Origin: Camelus ferus
Taxonomy: Eukaryota
Assembly: GCF_009834535.1 (NCBI RefSeq)
Contig: NC_045697.1
Location: forward strand, 72,976,001 to 73,040,000
Direction: 5' to 3'
Length of the DNA stretch: 64,000 nt
The notes beneath the pieces are model-generated. The model ran no database searches, was not told the DNA's origin, and worked only from the letters and a program-made list of their open reading frames with translations. Positions 1 through 12,901 of the stretch are shown here, one piece after another (the stretch's first letter is position 1; each line of letters opens with the position of its first letter). A program made the translations under genes and the position numbers.

Positions 1-6
1 GTACTC

Positions 7-154
7 TTTTTAAAAAATTATTATTGAAGTACAGTCAGTTACAATGTGTCAATTTCTGGTGTACTGCATAATGTTCCAGTCAGCATGTATATGCACTATA
101 TTCAATATCTTGTAATAACCTTTAATGAAAAAGAATATGAAAACGAATATATAT
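7..154 (-). mobile_element. Very short young L1 3' end with inverted 5' part
   Basis: About 20-94 is the reverse complement of the L1 terminus seen at 27012-27072. About 95-154 (ACTATATTCAATATCTTGTAATAACCTTTAATGAAAAAGAATATGAAAACGAATATATAT) matches 26916-26975 in forward orientation. Confidence 0.85.
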
Positions 155-1254
155 TGAAGTGCCCTTAATGCTGGGCTTTTAAAAAGTGAGGCCATTGAGA
201 GACTGAATATTGAGCTCATTTATTCAGAAACTGTGAGAGGACTACACCTATTCCAGAGAGGAGACAAAGCATTGAAAGAACCCTGATCCTATCCTATCAT
301 GGAGAACAGATTCTGTTCTCAATCTCAGCTGAGGCTGAAAAGAATAAAGAAATGTACTGTGTGAATTGGTACTCTGTATGTGCTTTAATTCAGAAGGGCA
401 AGAGATTTTTACTTCACATTTTTTACACTTTAACTTAAAATTGGCTTTAATTCTGGGACTTTAATTGCTTCTTTAGTATTTTGTATTGCAAGAGATTTTA
501 TGTTCAAAGATAGGTGATCTGATTATTGGTATTTTGTTTGTAGAATATCTTTATCATGTCATCTGATTTAATTACAGAACTCTTGGGGATGCTAGAAAAT
601 ATCGAAGGAAATAATTTGTAGTTGGAAATATGATAGGGAATGAAAATTTCCCTTTTGAGAATAGAGTAGCCTTGGAGTTTATTTGAATAATGACAGTTTT
701 GGCTTTCAGAGCCTCTGAAGGCTCAGTCTATAATGTCTATTAGTGTGTATGGAAGAATCTACAAAGAAGCAATTATTTGTACCTCAGGAGAGGCATAATA
801 TAGGTGAAAGCAGGACTACCTAGAAAATTGTGGACTTTCTCCTCTGTTGGATAGAGCCACATTCTGGTTAACTACAGGCTTACAGGTTTAGCACAATGGA
901 TCAAGAAAGCAAACAGCTATGAGAATGCTGAGGAACTGACTTTATACCTAGGTTTCCATGTGGACAAACTTCCTATGTCACAGCACTTCTATGTGCCCTG
1001 CTTCCCAATCCTATAAGCAGAATTTGCTGACTAGAACAACCTACTGTAATCCGGTAATGCCTGTCACAGAATGAACAAGTCTGCATAATTCTGGAGTGCC
1101 CAGTTTTCTACAGCATAATCCACATTCTCCAAATAACTTTTTTTCAGTAATGAGGCGGACATTTTGAATTTTACCTACTAAATCTGTCTGCTACTCAGTT
1201 GGTTCCGAATCTGGCAAGAAAGAGAATGATCTAATATGTATCTTCTCAGAATTG

Positions 1255-1632
1255 TAAAGACATGTCCACACAAAAACTTGTAGTAAAGTATTAACAGAAG
1301 TCTGAGTCATATTAGCCAACAAATGGTAACCTAGCTATTAATTTGTGAATGGATAGACAAAATGTGACTTCTTCATACAATAGAATTCTAGAATAGACAA
1401 GATTATAGTGATCAAAAGTGGATAAGTCATTGTCTGGGAGCCCTGCAAAATTGGAGAAAGATGGTAAAGGGGCGCCAAGAACTTTTTGAGGTGATGGAGT
1501 GTTTCAAAACTAGATTTTAGTCATAGTTACATGCTTGTATGTACTTAATAGAATTATTTTAATTGTGAATTTAAAACAGATTTTATTATAAATAAATTAT
1601 ATGTCAATAAGCTATACCTCAATAAAGCTATA
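1255..1632 (+). mobile_element. Old L1M (L1MC/ME-like) 3' end
   Basis: ATGTCCACACAAAAACTTG, TGAATGGATAGACAAAATGTG, TTTTTGAGGTGATGGA and TATACCTCAATAAAGCT are typical L1M 3' UTR motifs. Confidence 0.7.
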
Positions 1633-3432
1633 AAATAACTCAAGTTAATAATGCCTAATAAAATATTAGCATGTTGACTAGAGATAATACCAAAGACATA
1701 GTTGCCCTTCTCAAGAAGCTAATGACAAAAATCAAAAGGACATAATAGAGATAACAGAACAACCATGCTACACAAATGAACTTTGAGATATTATCCCAGA
1801 ACTGTTAAAAAGGGGCACAGTTAATTATTGCTGTTTCCAACATTCTACTAAATTGGTCAAACAATGCTAAATTAGGGAGAAAAAAGAAAAGAATTGAAAC
1901 ATGTCTTGCATATTACAATTACGTGATTTTAAAAGAATATTGGTGACGTGTAAACTATATAATGAGGAACACAGGCCCAGTTTGGGGCATCTCTCTGGAA
2001 TGTGGAGTTAAGGTGTCAAAATATCACTTTTAAGATTGAAATATATCAAAACAATAAATATAGAGGGATATGATTAAGTGATTTTAAAATGTGTAATAAT
2101 ACTAAGGAGAACAATGTGTTTCTCCCAACTTGCCATGTTTCCTCAAATTTTCCTAAAATGTTATGTGAAAAATATAAATAACATAAGCTTCTGGAGACTA
2201 GTTTTGTAATATGTGTACCATGACATGGTTAACAAACTCATGTATTGACAGACACTGATGATAATTGATGAGGCCCCTCAAAGGAGATGGGTAACTAGCA
2301 AAGTTGTCCTAGTAAACATGATCCTGTAATGGCAAAAAAGTGTTTTAGTACCAATGACAATATGAAATGAAACTAGAATAAATTACTTAGGTTCCATCAA
2401 AGGCCAAGTGCTAAGTCCAAAGGTAAAATTCCACTCATTCCTTCTGATTTTGACTCAAAAAACATCTTATGAAGATGGTATCTTGAGTAGCAGATGTAAC
2501 TATGTACTCTAGTCACCCATAAGTTTTAGTCCATATTCTACTTTAATATAATGGCTTTGTAGTTTCTGAACCCTTTTCTAATCAGCCTTTTATTGTACTA
2601 AGTTTTCATTTCAGTTTTGCCATAGACTTTTTTTGTGTGCGTTTCATTATTCTAGTTTTCAGGCTTCTGATCCATGCATCTAAATAACTTGATTTTATAT
2701 ATTTTGACATACTCTTTGTCCAAAAAAAAAAAAATTCTTTAAGTTTAAAAATCTAAACTTTGTCAAGAAGAAAATATTGAGAATATTTAGATCAACATAC
2801 CTTAGTAAAAAGCAATTGAAATTAAATCCCAGATTTGGTGAAGACTGTTGCCCTTATTTTAGAAGAAGGGATCTTTGTTCACTTATAGGAAAGACATCTG
2901 ACAATATAGAGATATACACTCCTTAACTTACAAATATTTATTTTCTTTCTGTTTGTAAGATGTCCAAATTAGTGAATACTAATGTAGTTCCATCTTATTG
3001 AAACAATATATTTTTAAATTAACTCTAATTCAGTGAATTGGATTAATTATATAAAATTGCTTAATTCTGAATTTCTGGTCCAAATAATTCCACCAACATT
3101 TAATTTATGTAAACATATATTAGTAGTGCTTCACAGCGTGGTTCACTCTGGTACATGTTGCATTTGAGGATATTTTGCAAAATGCAGTATTCTTTTCAAA
3201 TACTCATTGCATTTTCTTCTCCTTATCAGTAATAATGGCAATAGTAATACACTTACAGACTTTGATTATGTGAGGATACACTGTTACCCTTCACATTGTG
3301 AGTTCTCTGCCTGGATTCACAGAACTGCAACCCAGTTATCCTGATCTGACTGAATGATGCTGAAATGCCACCAAGCTGAGTTGGGGCTAACTGCACTTTC
3401 CCCCTAAAATCTAATTTGCTTATTATCTTTCA

Positions 3433-3997
3433 TGTGGGTTCTGGCCTGCAGAAGTCCCACCGAGACGGAATGAATTACTTGAGACTCTGTGGAAAAAGTC
3501 AAGAGAGTGGGAGGGAGTCGGGAGCCAACTCCAAGAGCCTCTCAAATGCTCCCACATTTATTGTGTACAATCAAAGGAAAAATCACTAACAGTTGTGTGA
3601 TGGAATGCAGGAATTTAGGGAAAGACACGATGGGATCGAGATTGTAGAGATCACAATGAGTACAAAAGACTTTGTTTATCTTTAGGGATGTCATGGGGAG
3701 AGGGGATCAAGATACATTCTTATGGATATGTTAAAGCAGACCACCAGACCAGCCAGTTCCTTGTTTTGGGGATAAAAGGCTATCTAACAGCAGGCATGCC
3801 CAGCGTTTATAGCTGAGGGCCTGGGTCTTTGCTTTGCAACGAGCAGAGTGCTGTCTAAAACCTCAACTACACAAGCAAGGCATTGTCTCTCTTTTTACAG
3901 CTAGGAGACAGGAGTGCAGATGCACAGGCACCTACTTGCAAGGCAGTTACTAAGCACATTTGTTCTTTAAGGAGACAAGCGGCTGGGGTCTGTTACA
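3433..3997 (-). mobile_element. Probable solo ERV LTR
   Basis: About 565 bp block, GC-richer than its flanks, bounded by TG...CA. Minus-strand AATAAAA near 3556-3562 lies about 120 nt from the 3' end. No clean TSD seen. Confidence 0.55.
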
Positions 3998-5411
3998 ATT
4001 TGTTAACCCAATCATGGGCTCTCATACTTTCAAACATAATCAGAAATTTGGATTGGATTAAGGTAGGAACTAGCTTGGAAGCCATTCAAAAGCCTACAAG
4101 ACTCCAGGCATAGTAAATATAAATGATTAAATTTAAAAGTTGTCACATAGGAACTCTTGCTTCTAAATGCATTCTTGTCTCTTACAGAAACTTCTATTTG
4201 TGGAATACATTCTTCTCTCTGTAGAGAAATATTTTTAACAGTAGTAATAATTATGCAAAAATATTTTGCATAGGTACTATGTTGAAGATACAGCAAAATG
4301 TTGGGATACAGTGAATTTAATTCAAATGGTGCTGATTCTCTTTCTTAGCATTGTCTGGGCATCTTGCCACTGTATATCCCACTGTGGTAGTAATATAGCT
4401 AACTAATTATTTATTAATTTCATCTGTATGAGCGATCATTTTTCACTGGTTTTTCCATCTGCTTTATATTATCATTATATATACGTAATAATCATTCTGA
4501 TTATTTTGTTTCTCAATGATTTTTTAAATAATTTCACAATCAAAGGACATTGATTATAGCTCTTGACATTAAAACACCTATAAAATTATTGTCCACAAAT
4601 AATCACCATAGTCATTGAAAAAATTAGTTTAAAGTACAATGAACTTTAAATTGACTTTAATTTCTTTTGTAGTTGTATTTGAATCAAGCTTTTTAAAAAG
4701 CTATGTAACTAACAGTCTAGGAATATGAAAACATTTCAAAGATCCAAAAAATTAAATAAGAGACGATTGAGAATACAAGCTTTGGCAAGAATGAAATATT
4801 AATCAGTGGTTTCATCTGACAAGAGACTCAGTCTTTTGAAACTAACATAAAATGCCGAATTTGTATAGTGAACATGCAACATAATTAGACATTTCTAATA
4901 ATTGACTCTGTCAATAGCAAATATTGATATTTTGAGTAGATTACCACTCATTTTCTTTTTTTAAGGAAAAATGATAATCTAATGAAAAAAGATTAGATTG
5001 TTGCACATTCTTTCCCTGTGAATTAGTAATTTGATACTAGTAACTGACACAATGGTACACTCTTGATGATATATTGAATTATCATGAAGTGGATTGACAT
5101 ATCTATATGAATCACATGTTTTAATGGTCATGTTGATAAAGATCTATAAATTTTCCCATTCTTTTCTTTCCTACTCATCCCACTATTCATCTTTATCATC
5201 GGTGAAAATGGACAAAACCATTATAAAGTGACTATAATTTGATGTAAATAAGCCTGATGGAGATTTTTTTTTTTTAGGCTGCAACCATTTGTCCCTCAGA
5301 ACAGAACAATTAACTAGACAAAGGACTACAGATCTAATTTTCATGGTATGTGAAAACTAAAATGCTTCTGGGGAAAGTAAAAGCAAACATTCCCTATCTT
5401 TATATCATACA

Positions 5412-7772
5412 CAGGCTTAGCTCATTTTATTGTGCTTTGCAGATATCGAGGCTTTTACAGCCTGAAGGTTTGTGGCAACACGACCTGGAGCAAGTCGATT
5501 GGCACCATTTTTCCAACAGCATTTGCTCACTTCCTGCCTCTGTGTCACATTCTGGTAATTCTTGCAATATTTCAAACTTTTTCATTATTGTTATATTTTT
5601 ATGGTGATCTTTGATCAGTTATCTTTGTGTTACTATTGCAATTATTTTGGCGGGCCACTAACCAAGCTCATATAAGATGGTAAATTTAATCGATAAATGT
5701 GTGTGCTCTGAATGATCCACCGACCGGCTGAACCCCCATCTCTCTCCCACTCCTCAGGCCTCCTGACCAAAGGGACACACAGTATTGAAATTAAGCCTAT
5801 TAATAACTCTACAATGGCCTCTAAGTGTTGAAGTGAAAAGAGAGTCACACTGTCTCTCATTTTAAATAAAAAGCTAGAAATGCTTAAGCTTAGTGAGGAA
5901 GGCATGTGGAAAGCCGAGATAGGCCGAAAGCTAGGCCTCTTGTGTAAACAGTTAGCCAAGTTGTGAATACAAAGGAAAAGTTCTAGAAGGACATTAAATC
6001 TGCTTCTCCAGTGAACATACAGATGATAAGGTGAAACAGCCTTTTGGCTAATATGGAGAAAATTTTACTGGTCTGGATAGAAGATCAAACCAGCCATAAC
6101 ATTCTCTTAAGACAAAGCCTAATCCAGAGCATGGCCCTAACTCTCCTCAGTTCTATGAAGGCAGAAGAAAAGTTGGAAGCTAGCGGAGTTTGCTTCACGA
6201 AGTTTAAGGAAAGAAGGCATCTCCGTAACATGAAAATGCAAGGTGAAGCAGCAAGTGCTGATGTAGAAGCTTCAGCAAGTTATCCAGAAGATCTAGCTGA
6301 GATCATTCATGAAGGTAGCTACATAAAACACCAGATTTTCTGTGTAGATGAAACAGCTTTCTACTGAAAGAAGATGCCATCTAGAACTTTCATAAAGAAA
6401 GAAGTTAATACCTGGCTTCAAGCTTCGAAGGAAAGGCTGACTCTAATTAGGGGCTAGTGCAGCTGGAGACTCTTAAGTTGAAGTCAGTGCTCATGTACCA
6501 TTCCCCAAATCCTAGAGCCCTTAAGATGATGCTAAATCTACTCTGCCTGTGCTCTATCAATGGAACAACAAAGCATGGGTGATAGCACATCTATTTATAT
6601 GGTTTACTGACTATTTTTAGCCCACTGTTGAGTCCTAGTGCTCAGTAAAAAAGACTCCTTTGAAAATATTACTGCTTATAGACAATGTACCTGGTCACCC
6701 AAGAGCTCTGATGGAAACGTACAACAAGAATCATGTTGTTTTCATGCTGCAAACAGCATCCATTCTGCAGCCCATGGATCAAGGAGTAATTCTGAATTTC
6801 AAGTCTTATTATTTAAGAAATACTTTTCATAAGGCATATACATAGCTGCCATAAATAGTGATTCTTCAGATGGATCTGGGCAAAGTAAATTGAAAACTTT
6901 CTGGAAAGGATTCACCATCCTAGATACCATTGAGGACATTTACAATTCATGGAAAGAAGTCAAAACATCAATGTTCACAAGAGTTTGGAAGAAACTGATT
7001 CCAGCTTCATGGGTGACTTTGTGTGTGTGTGTGTTTGTGTGACTCAAAACTTTAGTGGAGGAAGAAATTGCAGATTTGGTGGAAATTGCAAGAGATAGAA
7101 AATTAGAAATTTTCTGGAGCCTGAAGATGTAACTGAATCTTACTATAAAACTTTAGTGGATAAAGAGTTACTTCTTATGGATGAGCAAAGATGAAGTGGT
7201 TTCTTGCTCTTGGTGAAGATGCTGTAAAGATTGTTGAGATACAACGGAAGATTTAGAATATCACATAAATTTAGTTGATAAAGCAAAGGCAAAATTTGAG
7301 TGAATTGACTCCAATTTGAAAGAAATTCTACTGTGGGGAAAATGCTACCAAAGTGTATTATGTGCTACAGAGAAATTGTTAGTGAAAGAAAGAGTCAATT
7401 GATGTGGCGAACTTCATTGTTGTCTTGCTTTAAGAAATTGACACAGTGGCCCCAGCCTTCAGCCGCCACCACCCTGATCAGTCAGCAGCCATCAACGTTG
7501 AGGGAAGACCCTCCACCAGCAAAAAGATTACAACTTGTTGAAGGCTCAGATAATGGTTAGCATATTTTAGTAATGAAGTATTTTTAATTAAGGTATGTAC
7601 ATTGACTTTTTAGATGTAATGCTATTACACACTTAATATACTACAATATGTTGTAAACATAGTTTTAATATGCACTGGGAAACCAAAAATTTCATGTGAC
7701 TCTCTTTATTGTGATGTGCACATTATTGTGGTGGTCTGGAACAGAACCCACAATATTTCCGAGGTATGCCTG
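5412..7772 (+). mobile_element. Near full-length Tigger1 DNA transposon (pogo/Tc1-mariner)
   Basis: Termini CAGGCTTAGCTC... and ...GAGGTATGCCTG match the Tigger1 TIRs; length about 2.36 kb; contains transposase remnants. Confidence 0.95.
5820..7200 (+). pseudogene. Decayed Tigger1 transposase (CENP-B/pogo-type HTH + DDE)
   Basis: Fragments [16 protein letters not shown]...[10 protein letters not shown]...[11 protein letters not shown] (6044-6367) and [13 protein letters not shown]...[17 protein letters not shown] (6660-6845), broken by stops and frameshifts. Ends approximate. Confidence 0.9.
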
Positions 7773-7779
7773 TGCAATT

Positions 7780-8160
7780 TCTATGCTTCCTGAGGCTAAG
7801 TCTTATAAGAGTGCTGGATAAAAAAGACAGATTATATTCAAGCAGCTGAAAATTAAAGAAAGATAAAGAGAAAATCTTGACAGCAGCCAGAGGAAAAAAG
7901 ATACATTGTATAGAAAGAAACAAAGATAGAAATTATAGAAGTATAAAGAAATGTCAAATATTGAAAGAAAAATCACTCATACTATAATTCTGTACTAAAA
8001 AATAAAAGCAAAATATATTTGGAGGAAAATAAAAACAGAGAGAACTAGTATGTCTGAATCACAAATAATATTAACAGAGATTCTTCTGGTAGGAGGAATA
8101 TGATCCAGTCAGAAACTTTGGAAAACTGTTTTATAATTTCTGTAAAGTAAAAAAAAAAAA
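7780..8160 (+). mobile_element. Old L1M ORF1-region fragment
   Basis: AAAGATAAAGAGAAAATCTTGACAGCAGCCAGAGGAAAAAAG encodes KDKEKILTAARGKK, an L1 ORF1 motif. Confidence 0.65.
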
Positions 8161-8409
8161 ATCTAAGTATTCAGAAGTCAGTAACTTCTATATAAACTCT
8201 ATGGACAGTAGTTCAGATAGCAATTCCATACTCACAGCGTTTGCTGTGCCGGTTTAGGTTTGTCCAAAAGGATGTACAGTCAGGGATTAGACTGAAACTG
8301 TGTGGTTAATTCAAGTCTCAGTTTAGTTCTCACTTTCTTAGGCTAGCTTTGGTTTGTTCCATGCGTATGTGTTTTAGGGATTAGGCTGTGACATGCATGA
8401 ATACATGTA

Positions 8410-8879
8410 TAAGCATACCTCATTTTATTGCACTTTACAAATACTGCATTTTTTTTTCCCACAAATTAAACGTTTGTGCCAACCCTACCTGAAACAAGTC
8501 TATTGGCACCATTTTTTCCCCAACAGCATTTGCTCACTTCCTGTCTCTATGTCACACTTTGGTAATTCTCACAAAATTTCAAAATTTTTCGTTATTATTA
8601 TATATATTTTTTGGTGATCTGTGATCAGTTATCCTTAATGTTACTATTACAAACTCACTGAAGGTTCAGATGATAGCAATTTTTTAGCAATGAAGTATTT
8701 TTAAATTAAGGTATGTACTTTTTTTAAAGACATAATGCTATTGCACACTTAATGGACTACAGTATAGTTTACACCTAACTTTTATGTGCACTGGGAAATC
8801 AAAAAAATGTGTGTGACTCATTTTACTGCGTTTTTCGGTGGTCTGGAACTGAACCTGCGGTACCTCCGAGGCTCGCCTG
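8410..8879 (+). mobile_element. Tigger1 internal-deletion derivative (MITE, Tigger1a-like)
   Basis: The left ~240 bp matches 5412-5640 and the right ~230 bp matches 7530-7772, joined near 8650. TA flanks at 8408-8409 and 8880-8881. Confidence 0.9.
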
Positions 8880-10039
8880 TAAAAAGAATTAGGGGACCCC
8901 TTTTTCTGGCTTCTCCTCTCTAGTGTTTCCTGCTCACACTCCTGCTTGCCTGAGGCCCTTTCAGTGTTTCCCTTTGGTCATAAACAGGGAGGGAATTCTA
9001 TCACTGTTCTAGTTGCAGACACCACTGTGGCTGGAGCCCAAGACACAAGTCAAGCCTCGAGAAGGAAAAAACAGAAACAAAAACCAGAAAACTCATCCTT
9101 TGAGGGTTGCTTCTCAACGTTTGACTCTTTTCCACAGCTTACCTGCCTTAAATATCCCATTCTTTAAATAGCTTGATTTTTTGTTTCTTTGTATGTGTGC
9201 GTGTGTGTATTTGCTAAAGCTCAGTTATAGTAAGGGACAGAGATGCACTCTGGAGAACTTGCACTGCCTCAGTGAAACCAAAACTCCTCCTATATATTTA
9301 CCTTAAATTTGGGTTATTTCATATTTCTGCTAATGAGTTTTTATTTTTAGAAATACTGACTGGTTCTTTTCCCAATCTTCATGATACTTTCTCTAATTTT
9401 GCCTTTCTTTTAGTAGTTTTCCAAAATTTTTTCTTTTATTTTTAGATGTAGTTAATATAGTTTTACATTTTTAATAATCTATGTCCCTTTGTACCAGTAT
9501 TTGAAGTTTTCCCCTGTCTGTTTCTCCTGACTGTCATTTCTGTTTATTGTTCTCGTTATTCTCTGCACCCGGTACGTTCGACCTTATGTTGACCATTTCA
9601 GAATCCATTTGTATAGTGTTTGCCTGACCGTGTCCGCTGTGCTCCTTAAAGGCCTTAGCAGTCTGGAGCTGCTTTAAAACAATTTGATAGCTTATGCTTC
9701 TTTGACCTTTCAGAATATGTGAACACACACTGTAAATTTGCATGGTGGCTGGTTTAATTCTGGCTGTTGCTTCCACTGACGGTATATTACTTTGGATTAC
9801 TACTTCATTTTATAATGAGTTGAATCCCCAGCCTGGGCTCAGAGTTTTGATTTATATTCTTTTACCCTGGGAGGTAATCAGAACCAGAGTCTTAATTTAC
9901 TGAGATTTGGTAATGCCCCTTAGGGGGAAAAAAAAAGAAGCTAAATCCCCTTTAGGAAAAAAAAAACGCAGTTGTGTTCCAATTTCCTATTTAGTTTTGA
10001 CCTTGTGTGTGTGTGTGTGTGTGTGCATATATATAAAAA

Positions 10040-10207
10040 TAAAATTTATAGTTGATTTACAATAAAATATTAGTTTCAGATGTACAACATAGTGATTCAA
10101 TATTTTCATAGATTATACTCCATTTAAAGTTACTACAAAATAATGGCTATAGTTCTCTGTGCTGTACAATATATCCTTGTTGCTTATCTATTTTATACAT
10201 AGTAGTT
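10040..10207 (-). mobile_element. Truncated L1 3' end
   Basis: TAGTTGATTTACAAT...GTACAACATAGTGATTCA...CTGTGCTGTACAATATATCCTTGTTGCTTATCTATTTTATACATAGTAGT is a reverse L1 3' UTR. Confidence 0.8.
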
Positions 10208-10359
10208 GACCTTAGTATATTTTGAGCTCAGGATGTATTTCAGCCATTTTATGCTAAGACTTTAAAAAATTTATCCAGCATATTTAAATATTTTCAGCAC
10301 TAAAATGGATCTTATTAATTGAGACAACATTAGCAGAAATTAGAAGCATATAGCTTTAA

Positions 10360-11975
10360 CCTTAAAACTTTAACTCTTCTGGGATTTACCTCTGCCTCTA
10401 TTATGAAATATGTTTATAATATTTTCCTAAAATGAATAGCCAGTTATCTCAACATTGTCTCATGTTGAGATAACAATTGTCCATTTTCTTTCAATTATAT
10501 GACTTGTATTATTTATTACATAGTATATGCATATGTATGAAAAACCTTCTTCTGAAATTTCTATTCTCTTAAATTACTTTATTTTTAATTTCTGTATCAG
10601 CACCATTCTCTTTAAATTACTATCATTTATATTTAATCAAGGTCCTCTCATATTCCTCTTTGCCAAAATTTGTTTGGCTGTACTCATGCACTAATTCTTC
10701 CCAATACATTTTAGGAGTAGCTTTTAGAATTTCATCAATATACAACTGAAATTAGATTAAGATTTTTAAATTAATTTAGGGAGAAATAGTATCTCTGCGA
10801 TATTGAATATTCCAAAGTTATATCTATATTATTGTATTATTTAATTTTATTTAGTTTTTATATGGTTATTATCCCGTGTTTAATATTTAAAAATAGCCTA
10901 GGTTAGGATTATTAAGAATAATACATGCTATGAGAAACTTTGTTCATATCTTTTGGGAAATAAGTCTATGAATGTCCTTGTGTATAAACAGACATGGGCT
11001 TGCAGATCATTTTGTCTATGTACACTCTTAATACATACTAACAAATTATTTTCCGAAGTGGCTAAATAAGTGTATATTGCTGCTGTATTTTGTAAGTTTC
11101 AGTGGATTCACATTTCACTAACATTTAGCATTGTCTGTCTTTTTTATGGTACCTGTTCTGGTGGGTATGTAGTGGTTTGTGTTTTAACTTGTATTTCTCT
11201 GATGAATAATAAAGTTGAGCACTTTCTTGTATGCTTGTTTACATTTGAATATCATTTTGTGTGAAGTGTCCAGTGAAGAATTTTATCAATGAGGGACAAT
11301 TACATCTCTATGTGTAGAACTTTTTATACATTCTGAATAAAATTCTTTTGTCAGATGTATACATCCCACCCTTTGGGATCTTTTCATCATACTAATTAGC
11401 ATCTTTTTTATTATCAGAAGTTATTAATATTAATATATTGATTTATTCATTTTTACCTTTATTAATAGAACTTTTAATATAATATTTAAGCAATTTTTAC
11501 CTACTTAAATGTCACGATCACACTTTTTTCTATAAAAGCATTAATGATTTTACCATTAGAAATTACGTGTACAATTCATTAGAAATTAATACTTTCTATA
11601 TGAACATCTAATTTATTCGGCACCATTTATTGAATAGAACATAGTTTCCCATTGTCCTAAATCAGATGAAGGTATATGGGTGTATCTGTTTCTTTACTCT
11701 CTATTCTGTTCCATTGGTCTAATTGTCTAGCATTGTGCCTTATTTTTTCTTGATTATTTGTGTTTTATATATATTTTAGATCAGGTTGTCTACAGACACG
11801 CACAGAGGTATGTACACACACTCATGACATGCCAGAAATTTCAATGGGAGGGGATTGAATTTACCAATTTGAGAAAATTACCATCTTTACAGTACGGATT
11901 TGATGTTACAATATTTTGTTTAGAATATTTGTGTCTGTGTTCATGGGGGACATTGATCTGCAGTTTACCTTTTTC
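10360..11975 (-). mobile_element. Mosaic of old L1M ORF2 fragments
   Basis: T-rich reverse L1 motifs: TTTCTCTGATGAATAATAAAGTTGAGCACTTT, GCACCATTTATTGAATAG, CTCTATTCTGTTCCATTGGTCT. Confidence 0.7.
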
Positions 11976-12457
11976 TTCTGGTTTTGTTGAGATGTAATTG
12001 ACGTAGAGCACTGTATTAGTTTAAGGTGTACAGCATGATGACTTGCCTTGCCTACATAGTGAAATGATTATCACAGTGAGTTTAGTGACTGCCCATCATC
12101 TCATACAGACATGAAATTAAAGAAATAAAAAGATTTTCCTTGTGATGAGAACTTAGAATTGGCTCTTAACAACTTTCATATATAACATACAGCAGCATTA
12201 ATTATATCTACCATGTTGTACATTACATCCTTAGTACTTATTTATCTTATAGCTGGAAGTTTGTACCTTTTGACTGCCTTCATGTAATTCCTCCTCCCCC
12301 ATCCCCCCCCACCTCTGGTAAACACAAGTCTGATCTTTTTCTCTGAGTTTATTTGTTTGTTTTTGAATTATAATTGACCTACAACACTGTGTTATTTCCT
12401 GTTATACAATCTAGTGATTCAGTATTTTTGTACATGTCAAAATAATAAGCACAGTTT
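11976..12457 (-). mobile_element. L1MA-type 3' UTR nested in older L1
   Basis: TTGAGATGTAATTGAC...GTTTAAGGTGTACAGCATGATG...CATGTTGTACATTACATCC...CTGGAAGTTTGTACCTTTTGAC. Confidence 0.75.
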
Positions 12458-12860
12458 ACTTCTTCTAGGTTTTGGTTCAAGATAATGCCCATACAAGGAG
12501 TTGGGAAGTATTCACTTCTCTTACATTTTCTGGAAAACTTTGTATAAAATTGGTCTGATTTCTTCTGAAAATATTTGGTAGCATTTCACCAGTGAGATTC
12601 TGGGCCGGGGAAGGATTTATCTGCAATTTCAATTTCCTTAGTAGATAAAGAGCTATTCAGAGTATTGATTTCTTCTTGCAAGGATTTTGGTAGTTTGTGT
12701 CGTATAAGCAATTTGTCCATTTCATGTAAGTTGTCAAATTTATAGGCAAAAGTTGTTCTTAACACTTCCTCACTTTCCTTTGTCGTGATATCAGTTCTCT
12801 CAGCCTGATGTTGGTAATTATCTTCTTTTTTTCTTACTCTTTCTCTTTTATTTATAATTT
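12458..12860 (-). mobile_element. Old L1M ORF2 fragment
   Basis: GAGTTGGGAAGTATTC...TTTGGTAGCATTTCACCAGTGA...TTTGTCCATTTCATGTAAGTTGTCAAATTTA. Confidence 0.7.
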
Positions 12861-12901
12861 TTCTCTCATTTTGGAGGGTTTTTTTTCTGTGATTTCATTA
12901 A

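Noticed and set aside
2200..2430. Possible CR1/L3 reverse-transcriptase relic
   Set aside because: Only a vague resemblance to RT motifs; too decayed to support without an HMM search.
6044..7560. Domesticated TIGD1-like gene or active transposase
   Set aside because: Multiple stops and frameshifts, an internal (TG)n expansion, and TIRs still present; it is a neutral fossil.
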